A stretch of 32,753 nt of DNA from Myxococcota bacterium (GTDB taxonomy: Bacteria; Myxococcota_A; UBA796; CAJQPC01): contig DASCPX010000125.1 in the NCBI GenBank assembly GCA_036012755.1, positions 1 to 32,753 of the forward strand, in the 5' to 3' direction. Position 1 is the stretch's first letter, and every line of letters starts with the position of its first letter. Made by a program: the position numbers and the translations under genes. A model generated the notes under the pieces. It did not search any database and was not told the DNA's origin. It saw nothing but the letters and a program-made list of their open reading frames with translations. Below, in pieces: positions 1-6,945 of the stretch.

Positions 1-173
1 CCCTCCTGGGCCATGAGGCGGGCCACACGCTTCTTGCCGACACGGACCCCGCGAGCACGCAGCACAGCATGGACGCGCGGCACGCCGTAGGTCTCATGCG
101 ACTCGTCGAAGATCGTGAGGATCAGCTCGAGCAACTCCGATTCCTCCCCATCCGCTTCGTCGTTCCCATGCAA
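1..173 (-). mobile_element. IS3-family transposase OrfB fragment (HTH_21 region), 5'-truncated, running off the left edge
   Basis: The minus-strand frame from 173 reads LHGNDEADGEESELLELILTIFDESHETYGVPRVHAVLRARGVRVGKKRVARLMAQEG, matching the IS3 OrfB signature I..IF..S..TYG.PRV...L...G..V.KKRVARLM. An in-frame TGA lies at 174-176 and no OrfA is visible upstream. Not in the ORF track. Confidence 0.85.
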
Positions 174-217
174 TCACCCGACACCCCCGGAAGGCGTGCT
201 GGGCCTCACCGGGTCGC

Positions 218-585
218 TCAGTGCGTCTGGCCCCACCACCAGAAGACTCGATCGATCGAGGCGCGTGTCAGCGGTTTCCACACGACAGGCGCAGGGAGCG
301 CCGTCGAGTCGACCACGTCCATCCCGGTGAGCTGCACGACACGGGGGACCAAGGACGGTCGCAAACTGGTCAGACGTTCGACCCACTCGGTCCCGAGCAT
401 GGACGGCATGTCGATGTCGACGAGGAAGCCATCGAAGTCCTCCTCTGTGGCGAGCCGAAGGCCCTCCAAGGGGTCCGTCGATCTCACCACCTGAGGCTTC
501 AGCTGGGCGGTGATCGCCTGTGCGGCAACCTCTGTGCGGCAACCTCACTGTCGTCGATGAGCAGAATCCGAAGGGTTTGGGCCAT
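218..585 (-). pseudogene. Single-domain response regulator (CheY-like receiver), frameshifted by a 14-bp tandem duplication
   Basis: ATG at 585 gives MAQTLRILLIDDSEVAAQ and then shifts frame. Removing one CTGTGCGGCAACCT copy (518-545) restores a 117-aa ORF continuing AITAQLKPQVVRSTDPLEG...FLVDIDMP...LTG...WKP, with the DD, phospho-Asp, T and K receiver residues intact. Confidence 0.85.
518..546. repeat. Perfect 14-bp tandem duplication (CTGTGCGGCAACCT x2)
   Basis: Copies at 518-531 and 532-545, seen directly. Confidence 0.97.
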
Positions 586-709
586 GCTCAGACTATCGAC
601 CACCCAGGACGGACCCGGAGACGCTCCGAGCTGGCGCTACCGAACCGACGTCGCAGTAGGAAGGTTCAAGGTATCATCCCCGGAGGAGCATGATGGTCGA
701 GGGAATCGC

Positions 710-1756
710 ATGACGCGGAAGCCGGTGGTCTTGGTGGTGGACGACGAGCCGGCCAACCGCACCACGCTGCGGCTCATGCTGCAGGCGGACTCGGAGGTCA
801 TCACCGCCAGCTCGGGAGACGAGGCCCTGCACCTCGCCGCTGAGCGTCGCCCCGTGTTGGTCCTCGCCGACCACAAGATGCCCGGAATGAGCGGCGTCGA
901 GCTCCTCGCCCGGCTCCGCGACAAGCACCCCGGCTGCGTCCGGATGCTCATCACAGCCTATGCGGATCGCGACACCCTGGAGGAGGCCATCAACCGGGCC
1001 GGAGTGTACCGCTTCGTCAAGCGCCCGGCGGACCCGGCGATGCTCCGCTTGGACATCCTCCGAGCACTCGAGCACCGGGCGAGCATCGAGGCTGCCCAGC
1101 GACAGGAGCGCCTGCACATCCTGGGACGGCTGGCGGCCTCGGTCGGGCATGACCTCAACAACTACCTGTGTCCGGTTCTTGCCGCGCCGGCCGAGCTCCG
1201 CTCCGGCGATGCGGAGCTGGTTTCAGAAGCCATCTCGACGCTGGAGTACGCGGCGGTCCACCTCCAGGCCCTCAGCGCGGAGATGCGTTCCATCGGACGA
1301 GGCAAAGCCCCCCGGTATCAGCACGTGTCGGCTCACCTGGAGGACACCGTCGAGGGTGCCTTGGCGCTCTGCGTAGGCGGCCCCTACACCGGGATCGTGC
1401 TGGCGCGGAGCTACGAGCCGAGCCTGCCGGAGATGAGACTGTGCACCGGACGCATTGCGCGCCTAGTCACGAACCTGGTAAAGAACGCCGCCGAGGCGGC
1501 CGGGCCAGGCGGCCGCGTGGAGGTGCGCGTTCGCCGGGACCAGGACCTGATCCTGCTGGAGGTCGAGGACGACGGCCCGGGGATTCCCGAGGAGCATCGG
1601 GGGCAGGTCTTCGATGCGAACTTCACGACCAAGGATGCGGGCGTGGGACTGGGCCTGGCGATCTGCCAGATGATCGTCGCTGGCCACTCCGGGCACCTCG
1701 AACTTGGTCCTGGCACTCTCGGAGGTGCACTATTCGTGGCCAGGTTGCCGGTTTGA
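710..1756 (+). CDS. Hybrid receiver-histidine kinase (REC + HisKA + HATPase), cytoplasmic, 348 aa
   Basis: Start re-assigned to ATG 710 (MTRKPVVLVVDDE). Receiver motifs DD, ADHKMP, ITA, VK; H-box ASVGHDLNN; N-box NLVKNAAEA; DDGPGI; FTTK; GVGLGL. Confidence 0.92.
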   Translation: MTRKPVVLVVDDEPANRTTLRLMLQADSEVITASSGDEALHLAAERRPVLVLADHKMPGMSGVELLARLRDKHPGCVRMLITAYADRDTLEEAINRAGVYRFVKRPADPAMLRLDILRALEHRASIEAAQRQERLHILGRLAASVGHDLNNYLCPVLAAPAELRSGDAELVSEAISTLEYAAVHLQALSAEMRSIGRGKAPRYQHVSAHLEDTVEGALALCVGGPYTGIVLARSYEPSLPEMRLCTGRIARLVTNLVKNAAEAAGPGGRVEVRVRRDQDLILLEVEDDGPGIPEEHRGQVFDANFTTKDAGVGLGLAICQMIVAGHSGHLELGPGTLGGALFVARLPV

Positions 1757-1956
1757 TCGATGGCCCTCGTCACCGGCGCCGCGGACGTCCCACCCCGAGC
1801 GTTGGAGGCCGGATGACCCTCCTGCCAAGACCCACAGATCGCTGACTCTGACGAGAGGGGGTGTCCCCCTCTCGTCGCTCTCCCCCCCCTCAACCCCGGA
1901 CGTCAACAACCAGGAAGACTCCAAGGGCTTCGATACACCACTTGACGGGACACAGC
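1757..1956 (+). mobile_element. Probable IS256-family 3' remnant (transposase tail and right end)
   Basis: 1757-1816 reads SMALVTGAADVPPRALEAG*, resembling the C-terminal tail of IS256 transposases. TACACCACTTGACGGGACACAGC (1934-1956) resembles IS256-family ends (TACACCAC...GGGACAC). Based on recalled similarity, not an alignment. Confidence 0.4.
1850..1876. repeat. Perfect hairpin, 12-bp stem (GACGAGAGGGGG-TGT-CCCCCTCTCGTC)
   Basis: Inverted repeat seen directly. No U-tract follows. Confidence 0.85.
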
Positions 1957-1967
1957 TGGCGCTGACT

Positions 1968-1992
1968 CCGCCCACGGCGGAGCCGTGGGCGG
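1968..1992. repeat. Perfect hairpin, 11-bp stem (CCGCCCACGGC-GGA-GCCGTGGGCGG), REP- or IS200/605-end-like
   Basis: Inverted repeat seen directly. The CCCACGGC...GCCGTGGG core resembles REP/IS605-type hairpins (recalled similarity). Confidence 0.75.
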
Positions 1993-2132
1993 GCGAACCG
2001 GCCGGGCGCGCAACGACGTCCGGGGAAGGCGACGCTTGCGTCACCACCACCGCCCCGCCAGGCAGGCCACCACCCCACTGCGAGCGCCAACCACTGGTGC
2101 CCCTCCAGGGCAGGCCCCGAAAGCGACGGGAT

Positions 2133-2285
2133 GTTGCGCATCGGCCTGGGTTCTCCGGAACCCTCGAAGATGTGCAACAAAACGTTGCGTATCGGCCTGG
2201 GTTCTCCGGAACCCTCGAAGATGTGCAACAAAACGTTGCGTATCGGCCTGGGTTCTCCGGAACCCCCGGAGATGTGCAACAAGAC
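2133..2285. repeat. Tandem array of three 51-bp palindromic units
   Basis: Unit GTTGCGTATCGGCCTGGGTTCTCCGGAACCCTCGAAGATGTGCAACAAAAC starts at 2133, 2184 and 2235. Each has outer arms GTTGCGYATC/GATGTGCAAC and an inner GGGTTC-TCCG-GAACCC hairpin. No spacers. Confidence 0.95.
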
Positions 2286-2372
2286 GTGCTTGCACGCCGC
2301 CGAGGACAGAGGTCGGGCGCGGAGCTGCTGGGTGGACGTGGCACGCTCGCGGACCACGGCTGCGAGATCGAC

Positions 2373-2458
2373 GCTCAAGGACCGTCCTACGGTCCTTGGA
2401 GGCCGATCTGGGCGCCTGATCAGGGCTCAAGGACCGTCCTACGGTCCTTGGAGGCCGA
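2373..2458. repeat. Two identical 34-bp direct repeats, each containing a perfect 10-bp hairpin, 18 bp apart
   Basis: GCTCAAGGACCGTCCTACGGTCCTTGGAGGCCGA at 2373-2406 and 2425-2458; stem CAAGGACCGT-CCT-ACGGTCCTTG. Confidence 0.95.
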
Positions 2459-2581
2459 ACAGATCCTGGCGTGACAGGTGCTCCTCGTCACCGTCGGCCG
2501 TCCACCGTTGGCGTCAGGCCCGCATCTCGAGCAGGACTCTCGGAGCTCGCGGCCTGCTGCGACAGGTCAGGATCCAGCCGG

Positions 2582-3403
2582 TCAGAGCCACCCCTCGAGC
2601 GCTTCCGCCAGGCGAGCGTTTCCCTCGACAGTGAGGTGGATCGGGTCCTCCTCGAAGAAGAGCCCGTGGTCCAGCTCCGGGGCGAAGAGCGGGATGCCCT
2701 CTGCGTCGGCGAGCTCCTCCAGTACGGCGAGGTGTTCGTTGGCCTGCTCGACCATCGGGAAGGCGAACAAGAGCGGCTCGGCTCCGGCGCTCCGGACTTG
2801 CTCGATCAGGGCAACGAGGTTGGCCCGGTAGCGCTCCGGTGGAACGCGATGCACGGCCGGACCGTCTCGGGGCCCAGGGGCTGGCCGGAGACTACGTATG
2901 GTCCGCAACAGCGCCAGGTTCGAGGGCGCCGAAACCGATGGGCGCTCGTGGTCCGCCATCGGCGCGAGCTCGGCGTCGCGGACGAGGAAGGCCAGCAGCA
3001 CCTGGGATGGCTCGGTCGACATCGCCTCGTCGATGCGCGCGAGCCCCTGGAAGGTGGAGTAGCCGGGCACCCCGCCGTTGACCGCGCCGTCCACCAGGGC
3101 GGGCCAGGCCTCGTCCTCCTCGACGCCCCAGCCAAAGGTCGTCGAGTCGCCCAGGCACAGGAGCGCTCCTGGCTGGGGCTCGTCACCCCGCCACCCGAGC
3201 GCGTTGGTACGAACGCCGAACTCGGTTCCCCGCTCCACGAAGCGCACCGGGCGCTGGATGTCGGGCCGCAGACGCCAGATGGGCGTGTGCTCGTCGATGT
3301 AGAGCGAGGGCTCGCTCACGAGGCGCAAAAACAGCTCGGCGCCGCCGAGGACCACGACTGCCATGATGGCGCTGAAGCCGAGGTTCCGGAGGACCCGCTT
3401 CAT
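2582..3403 (-). CDS. SGNH/GDSL-family hydrolase with an N-terminal membrane anchor
   Basis: Block I LCLGDSTTFG, block II VNGGVPGYST, block V DPIH. Block III reads LVRD instead of G.ND. ATGA overlap with the upstream gene. Confidence 0.88.
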   Translation of the reverse strand: MKRVLRNLGFSAIMAVVVLGGAELFLRLVSEPSLYIDEHTPIWRLRPDIQRPVRFVERGTEFGVRTNALGWRGDEPQPGALLCLGDSTTFGWGVEEDEAWPALVDGAVNGGVPGYSTFQGLARIDEAMSTEPSQVLLAFLVRDAELAPMADHERPSVSAPSNLALLRTIRSLRPAPGPRDGPAVHRVPPERYRANLVALIEQVRSAGAEPLLFAFPMVEQANEHLAVLEELADAEGIPLFAPELDHGLFFEEDPIHLTVEGNARLAEALEGWL

Positions 3404-4722
3404 CCGGGATTGGCGAGCCGAGCGTAGTAGACCTCATTGCTGCCCCGGACGCCCTGGTTCCAGACGACGTGGAAGTCCCCGTCCGAGGACGCGGAGATCG
3501 ACGGCAGGCCAGGCTTTCCCTTGCCGATGGTGGCGACGCGGCGGGGCTTGGACCAGCCCGTGCCCGTGTCGACAGCGTAGACGAGCTCCGCCTGCTCACC
3601 GCTGTCCCAGCCCCAGACCAGCACGCGATCACCATCCGCGTTGATCTCGATGTCGGGGTCGAAGTGGTAGCCGCCGTAGCCCGCGCTGGGCTCCACCGCC
3701 TCACCCCATGCACCGGGGTGGCCGGAGCGCACGTAGACCGCCACGGGTCCGGTGGCCGGTTCCTTGTGGAACCAGGTCACATGGTCCAGCTCGGCGAAGG
3801 CGAAGTGGGGCCGCTCGCCCTTTGGACCGCTGGCGCTGAGGTTCTCTGGCTCTCCCCACTTCCCGTCACGACCCTCGACCACGTACAGCGTCGTCGGGGT
3901 GCCCCCCGTGCCGATGTCCCAACCCGCGAGGACCGACCCGTCCGGGCGGCGCTCGACGTTCGAGTGCCAGGCGTCCTGCTCGCCGTCAGACAACAACAGC
4001 GGCGCGCTCCAGCTCTCGCCATCGAAGATGCGACCAGTCGCCTTGAAGCGGTCGTCGGGGCTCATCTTCTTTCCGATCCAGACGTAGTACAGCGCACCTC
4101 CGAGCCCATGAGCGATGTGGCCGCTGCCGATCTCGCCTGCGGGGTCGTCAGCCGTGAGCGGCTCGGGTTCGCTCCAGCTCTCCCCGTCCCAGATGGTGAG
4201 CCAGCCCCGGCTGTGGAAGTCCTCTGCGGCGTGGTCCCAGCAGAGCACGACGCTGCCGTCGTCTCGCGCCACGATGTCCGGCCCCCAGTTCCGAAGCTCG
4301 TCGAAGCCCACGTGCACCGGGTCGGTCCACGTCGCGCCGTCAGCGCTTCGCCGGTGGCGGATGAGATCTCCCTCGTCGGCCCGCTCGTAGAAGACCGCGT
4401 GCACCTCATCCCCCGCGCCGACCGTGACCTGGGGCCTGTAGCCACCGCCAGGATCGGCGGACAGTCGGAGAGGCTGTGACCACTCGCCAGTCCCGTCGAC
4501 CCGTGGCCCCTGCGGGGCCGGGCGGTCGTGGAAGCCCGGGAAGCCGGAGGGGTCCTGCAGGCCGGCACCCGAGCCCCCGTCGACTGGCGGAGCGGGACCT
4601 CCCGGGGGCGGGTTTGGCGGCATCTGGCCGTTGGGTGGCCCGGGATGGGTCTGTGGGGTCGACGGCGCTTCAGCTGCTGGCTCCCCCTGGGGGCTGCAGG
4701 CGAGCCACAAGAGCATGCTCAT
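3400..4722 (-). CDS. Lipoprotein with a Pro-rich N-terminus and a BNR/Asp-box-like beta-propeller
   Basis: Lipobox MSMLLWLAC. Repeated blade motifs RSADGATW, WDGESWS, FDGESWS, DGKWGEP, TGTGWSKP. Confidence 0.75.
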   Translation of the reverse strand: MSMLLWLACSPQGEPAAEAPSTPQTHPGPPNGQMPPNPPPGGPAPPVDGGSGAGLQDPSGFPGFHDRPAPQGPRVDGTGEWSQPLRLSADPGGGYRPQVTVGAGDEVHAVFYERADEGDLIRHRRSADGATWTDPVHVGFDELRNWGPDIVARDDGSVVLCWDHAAEDFHSRGWLTIWDGESWSEPEPLTADDPAGEIGSGHIAHGLGGALYYVWIGKKMSPDDRFKATGRIFDGESWSAPLLLSDGEQDAWHSNVERRPDGSVLAGWDIGTGGTPTTLYVVEGRDGKWGEPENLSASGPKGERPHFAFAELDHVTWFHKEPATGPVAVYVRSGHPGAWGEAVEPSAGYGGYHFDPDIEINADGDRVLVWGWDSGEQAELVYAVDTGTGWSKPRRVATIGKGKPGLPSISASSDGDFHVVWNQGVRGSNEVYYARLANPG

Positions 4723-4728
4723 GGCGGG

Positions 4729-4738
4729 AGTATATGCT
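4729..4738. promoter_or_regulatory. Overlapping opposite -10 boxes (putative bidirectional leaderless promoter)
   Basis: Minus-strand TATACT (4734-4729) is 6 nt before ATG 4722. Plus-strand TATGCT (4733-4738) is 7 nt before GTG 4746. Confidence 0.6.
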
Positions 4739-4745
4739 CGCTACC

Positions 4746-6197
4746 GTGCTCGCCATCGCCATCGCCATCGCCTGCTCGAGGGCTCCCGAGCCCACAGCGC
4801 TCGACGGTCAGGACCCGGGCGCACGGCACCACGACCCTGTCGCCCAGGACCAGCAGCACCCACCCATCCCGGCTCACGACCCCATCTGGGAGTGGGACGC
4901 CGGCGGCTTCGTCGGTCACTCCCAGTGGTACGGCGAGCACTCGTGGACCGACGTGAGGATGCGCGTGGCGGGGCACATGACCATCGCCGGACGTGATCTG
5001 GCCCGCATCCAGGCATCCCGGGGAGACCTCGAGGGCGCGGCCGCGACGTGGCACGCGCTCCACACCGATCTGATGGCTCTCGACATCCCCGACGAGGGCG
5101 TGGCCGGCCAGCTGGTCGCGGTCGTCCGAGCCCACGCACAGCGCGAAGCCGAGCTGCTCGACGCCCTCGCCGCGGGGAGCGCCCTGCCGACGCGAACCCC
5201 CGGCACCCTCGGCGCGGCCCGGGTGGCGGTGCTCGGGCTCTCGGCCAACCCCGATCCGCAGCAAGCGAAGGCGGCGCAGGCTGACCTCGAGGAGCTGCTC
5301 GATGAGCGCCCGGACCTGGACCTCGACGCCTTCGAGGACTTCGACGCGCGCCACGAGCTCCGAGTCCGGCTCTACGAGGCGGCGTTGGACTCCGGCGACC
5401 CCCTCGGCCTCGAGGAGCCCTGGGGCTACTGGGAAGCCTCGGAGCTGCGGAGGCAAGCGCTGATACTCGGCTACGTCGCCGGGCGACTCGGCGGGGACGA
5501 CTGGAGCTCGCGCGTCGCCGAGTTGGACGGGACCCCGCCAGAGCTCGACGGCGATCCGCTGCGCTGGCCCTCCCTCGTGGCGGACGCCCTCCGGACGAGC
5601 TCCGAGACCTTCACGCCCGACGGCCTCGGCTGGCTGCCGACCGGGGACTCGCTCATCGACATCGGCGCCCAGCCAGGCCCGCGCGCCATCGGAACGCTCT
5701 CGAAGCTGGGCCTGGACGACGAGGCCCACGTCTCCTGGCTCCAGGCCGAGGCCGATGCGCTCAACCTGCTCCTGGCAGACGACATCGACGCCGTGCCCGG
5801 CCGCATACGGCAGACCACCGCGGCGCTGGACGCGCACGAGCACGGGAGCCGGTACTACAACGTCAAGCAGGCTCGGAACGAAGCTGTCCGCCAGCTCGCC
5901 CGCAACGGACGTCCGGACCTCGCGCTGGAGGTCCTCTCCGGCAACTACCCGCTGCACAACCAGGACTGGGCCTGTCCGAACCGGGAGGGCATCCTCCAGG
6001 CCCTCGAAGGCCGCCTGCTGGCCGAGGCAGGTCGGCTGGACGAGGCGGAGGCGAAGCTCTCCGAGTCACTCCAGACCTCCCGCGACTTCGTCAACCTGGT
6101 GGACCAGGCTGCTGCGGCTCCCCCGGGAGGGGGCCCGGGGGCGTCTCCCCCGGTACCCGACCAGGGCCCTCCCAAAGGACCTCCTCCACGCAGATGA
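4746..6197 (+). CDS. Hypothetical alpha-helical lipoprotein (TPR-like C-terminal region, Pro/Gly-rich tail)
   Basis: Start GTG 4746 (MLAIAIAIAC) or ATG 4734. High-GC3 codon pattern and amphipathic helices. No family recognised. Confidence 0.75.
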   Translation: MLAIAIAIACSRAPEPTALDGQDPGARHHDPVAQDQQHPPIPAHDPIWEWDAGGFVGHSQWYGEHSWTDVRMRVAGHMTIAGRDLARIQASRGDLEGAAATWHALHTDLMALDIPDEGVAGQLVAVVRAHAQREAELLDALAAGSALPTRTPGTLGAARVAVLGLSANPDPQQAKAAQADLEELLDERPDLDLDAFEDFDARHELRVRLYEAALDSGDPLGLEEPWGYWEASELRRQALILGYVAGRLGGDDWSSRVAELDGTPPELDGDPLRWPSLVADALRTSSETFTPDGLGWLPTGDSLIDIGAQPGPRAIGTLSKLGLDDEAHVSWLQAEADALNLLLADDIDAVPGRIRQTTAALDAHEHGSRYYNVKQARNEAVRQLARNGRPDLALEVLSGNYPLHNQDWACPNREGILQALEGRLLAEAGRLDEAEAKLSESLQTSRDFVNLVDQAAAAPPGGGPGASPPVPDQGPPKGPPPRR

Positions 6198-6945
6198 GCA
6201 AGGCGCCGCCTGCCTCGTCGAGGTGCAACACCGGGCTCGTGCAGGTCCTGATGGCCCCCTCGGAGAGGATGCGCTGGAAGTCGCTCCAAGTGCCATCGAC
6301 AAGGCGCGCGAGGTAGGGGACGCGGTCACCGGCGGGGCCCTGGGCGACCAGCCAGAGCTCATCGTCGACGACGAGCGCATAGGGCACGGCGAAGCCCTCG
6401 AAGGTGCGCTCCTTCACAGGGGGATCACCCACGTAGAGCTCTACGTTGCCTCGAGCGGTCACGAAGAGGTGGTGCTCCCCTTGGAACTCGACCGCCGACG
6501 GATCCGCAAACCCCATGCCCGAGAGCCAGACCCTCGGCGGCGGCGAGGAGCGGATCTCCGTGGGGTTGTTGGCCGGGTCCCCGGTGACCCCGCTCCGCGA
6601 CGTGAAGTACAGGACGTCCCCTAGGAACTGGGGGTCGATGAAGTTCACCACATCCTCGTCATCGACGCTCCACGCCCCGGGCGACCAGGTCTCGCCATCT
6701 CCCTCGTAGCCGCGGACGCGCAACGGCACGTAGCGCTCCCAAGCCGGAATCCGACGCTGATGGTCGAGGCCGACGAGCCGGAGCGTGCCGTCGTGCTCGG
6801 AGAGCCCGAGCGTGTCGAAACCTACGAAGAGGGCGCCCTCGTCCATTGCCCAGGTCTCCAGATCAGCTGAGCGCCAGACCCGCACGGAGGATCCGTCCAA
6901 GAGCCCGGGCTGGGGCGAGCTACACGCCAGCCAGATCGCGAGCAC
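6091..6945 (-). CDS. Hypothetical lipoprotein, probable beta-propeller (glycosidase-like fold)
   Basis: Start re-assigned to GTG 6945 (MLAIWLACSS), overlapping the upstream gene end by 26 bp. Blade-like motifs WRSADLETW, FIDPQ, FADPS, CTSPV. Confidence 0.65.
   Translation of the reverse strand: MLAIWLACSSPQPGLLDGSSVRVWRSADLETWAMDEGALFVGFDTLGLSEHDGTLRLVGLDHQRRIPAWERYVPLRVRGYEGDGETWSPGAWSVDDEDVVNFIDPQFLGDVLYFTSRSGVTGDPANNPTEIRSSPPPRVWLSGMGFADPSAVEFQGEHHLFVTARGNVELYVGDPPVKERTFEGFAVPYALVVDDELWLVAQGPAGDRVPYLARLVDGTWSDFQRILSEGAIRTCTSPVLHLDEAGGALLICVEEVLWEGPGRVPGETPPGPLPGEPQQPGPPG

Noticed and set aside
518..545. 14-bp duplication as a target-site duplication of the neighbouring IS3/IS256 remnants
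   Set aside because: IS3 elements typically duplicate 3-5 bp and IS256 elements 8-9 bp, so 14 bp fits neither.
221..709. N-terminal 163 aa of the 511-aa ORF 221-1756
   Set aside because: It is antisense to the receiver pseudogene; the domain content begins at ATG 710.
1850..1876. Intrinsic terminator for the kinase gene
   Set aside because: The stem is strong but has no U-tract on either strand, so it is kept only as a hairpin.
2133..2458. CRISPR array
   Set aside because: The 51-bp units are contiguous with no unique spacers. The 34-bp pair has a single 18-bp spacer. No cas genes are in the window.
1704..2634. ORFs spanning the repeat region (1704-2474+, 1730-2344-, 2131-2634+ and others)
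   Set aside because: They stay open because the unit length (51) is a multiple of 3 and GC is high. All frames give repeated peptides, and none shows a recognisable domain or a clear translation signal.
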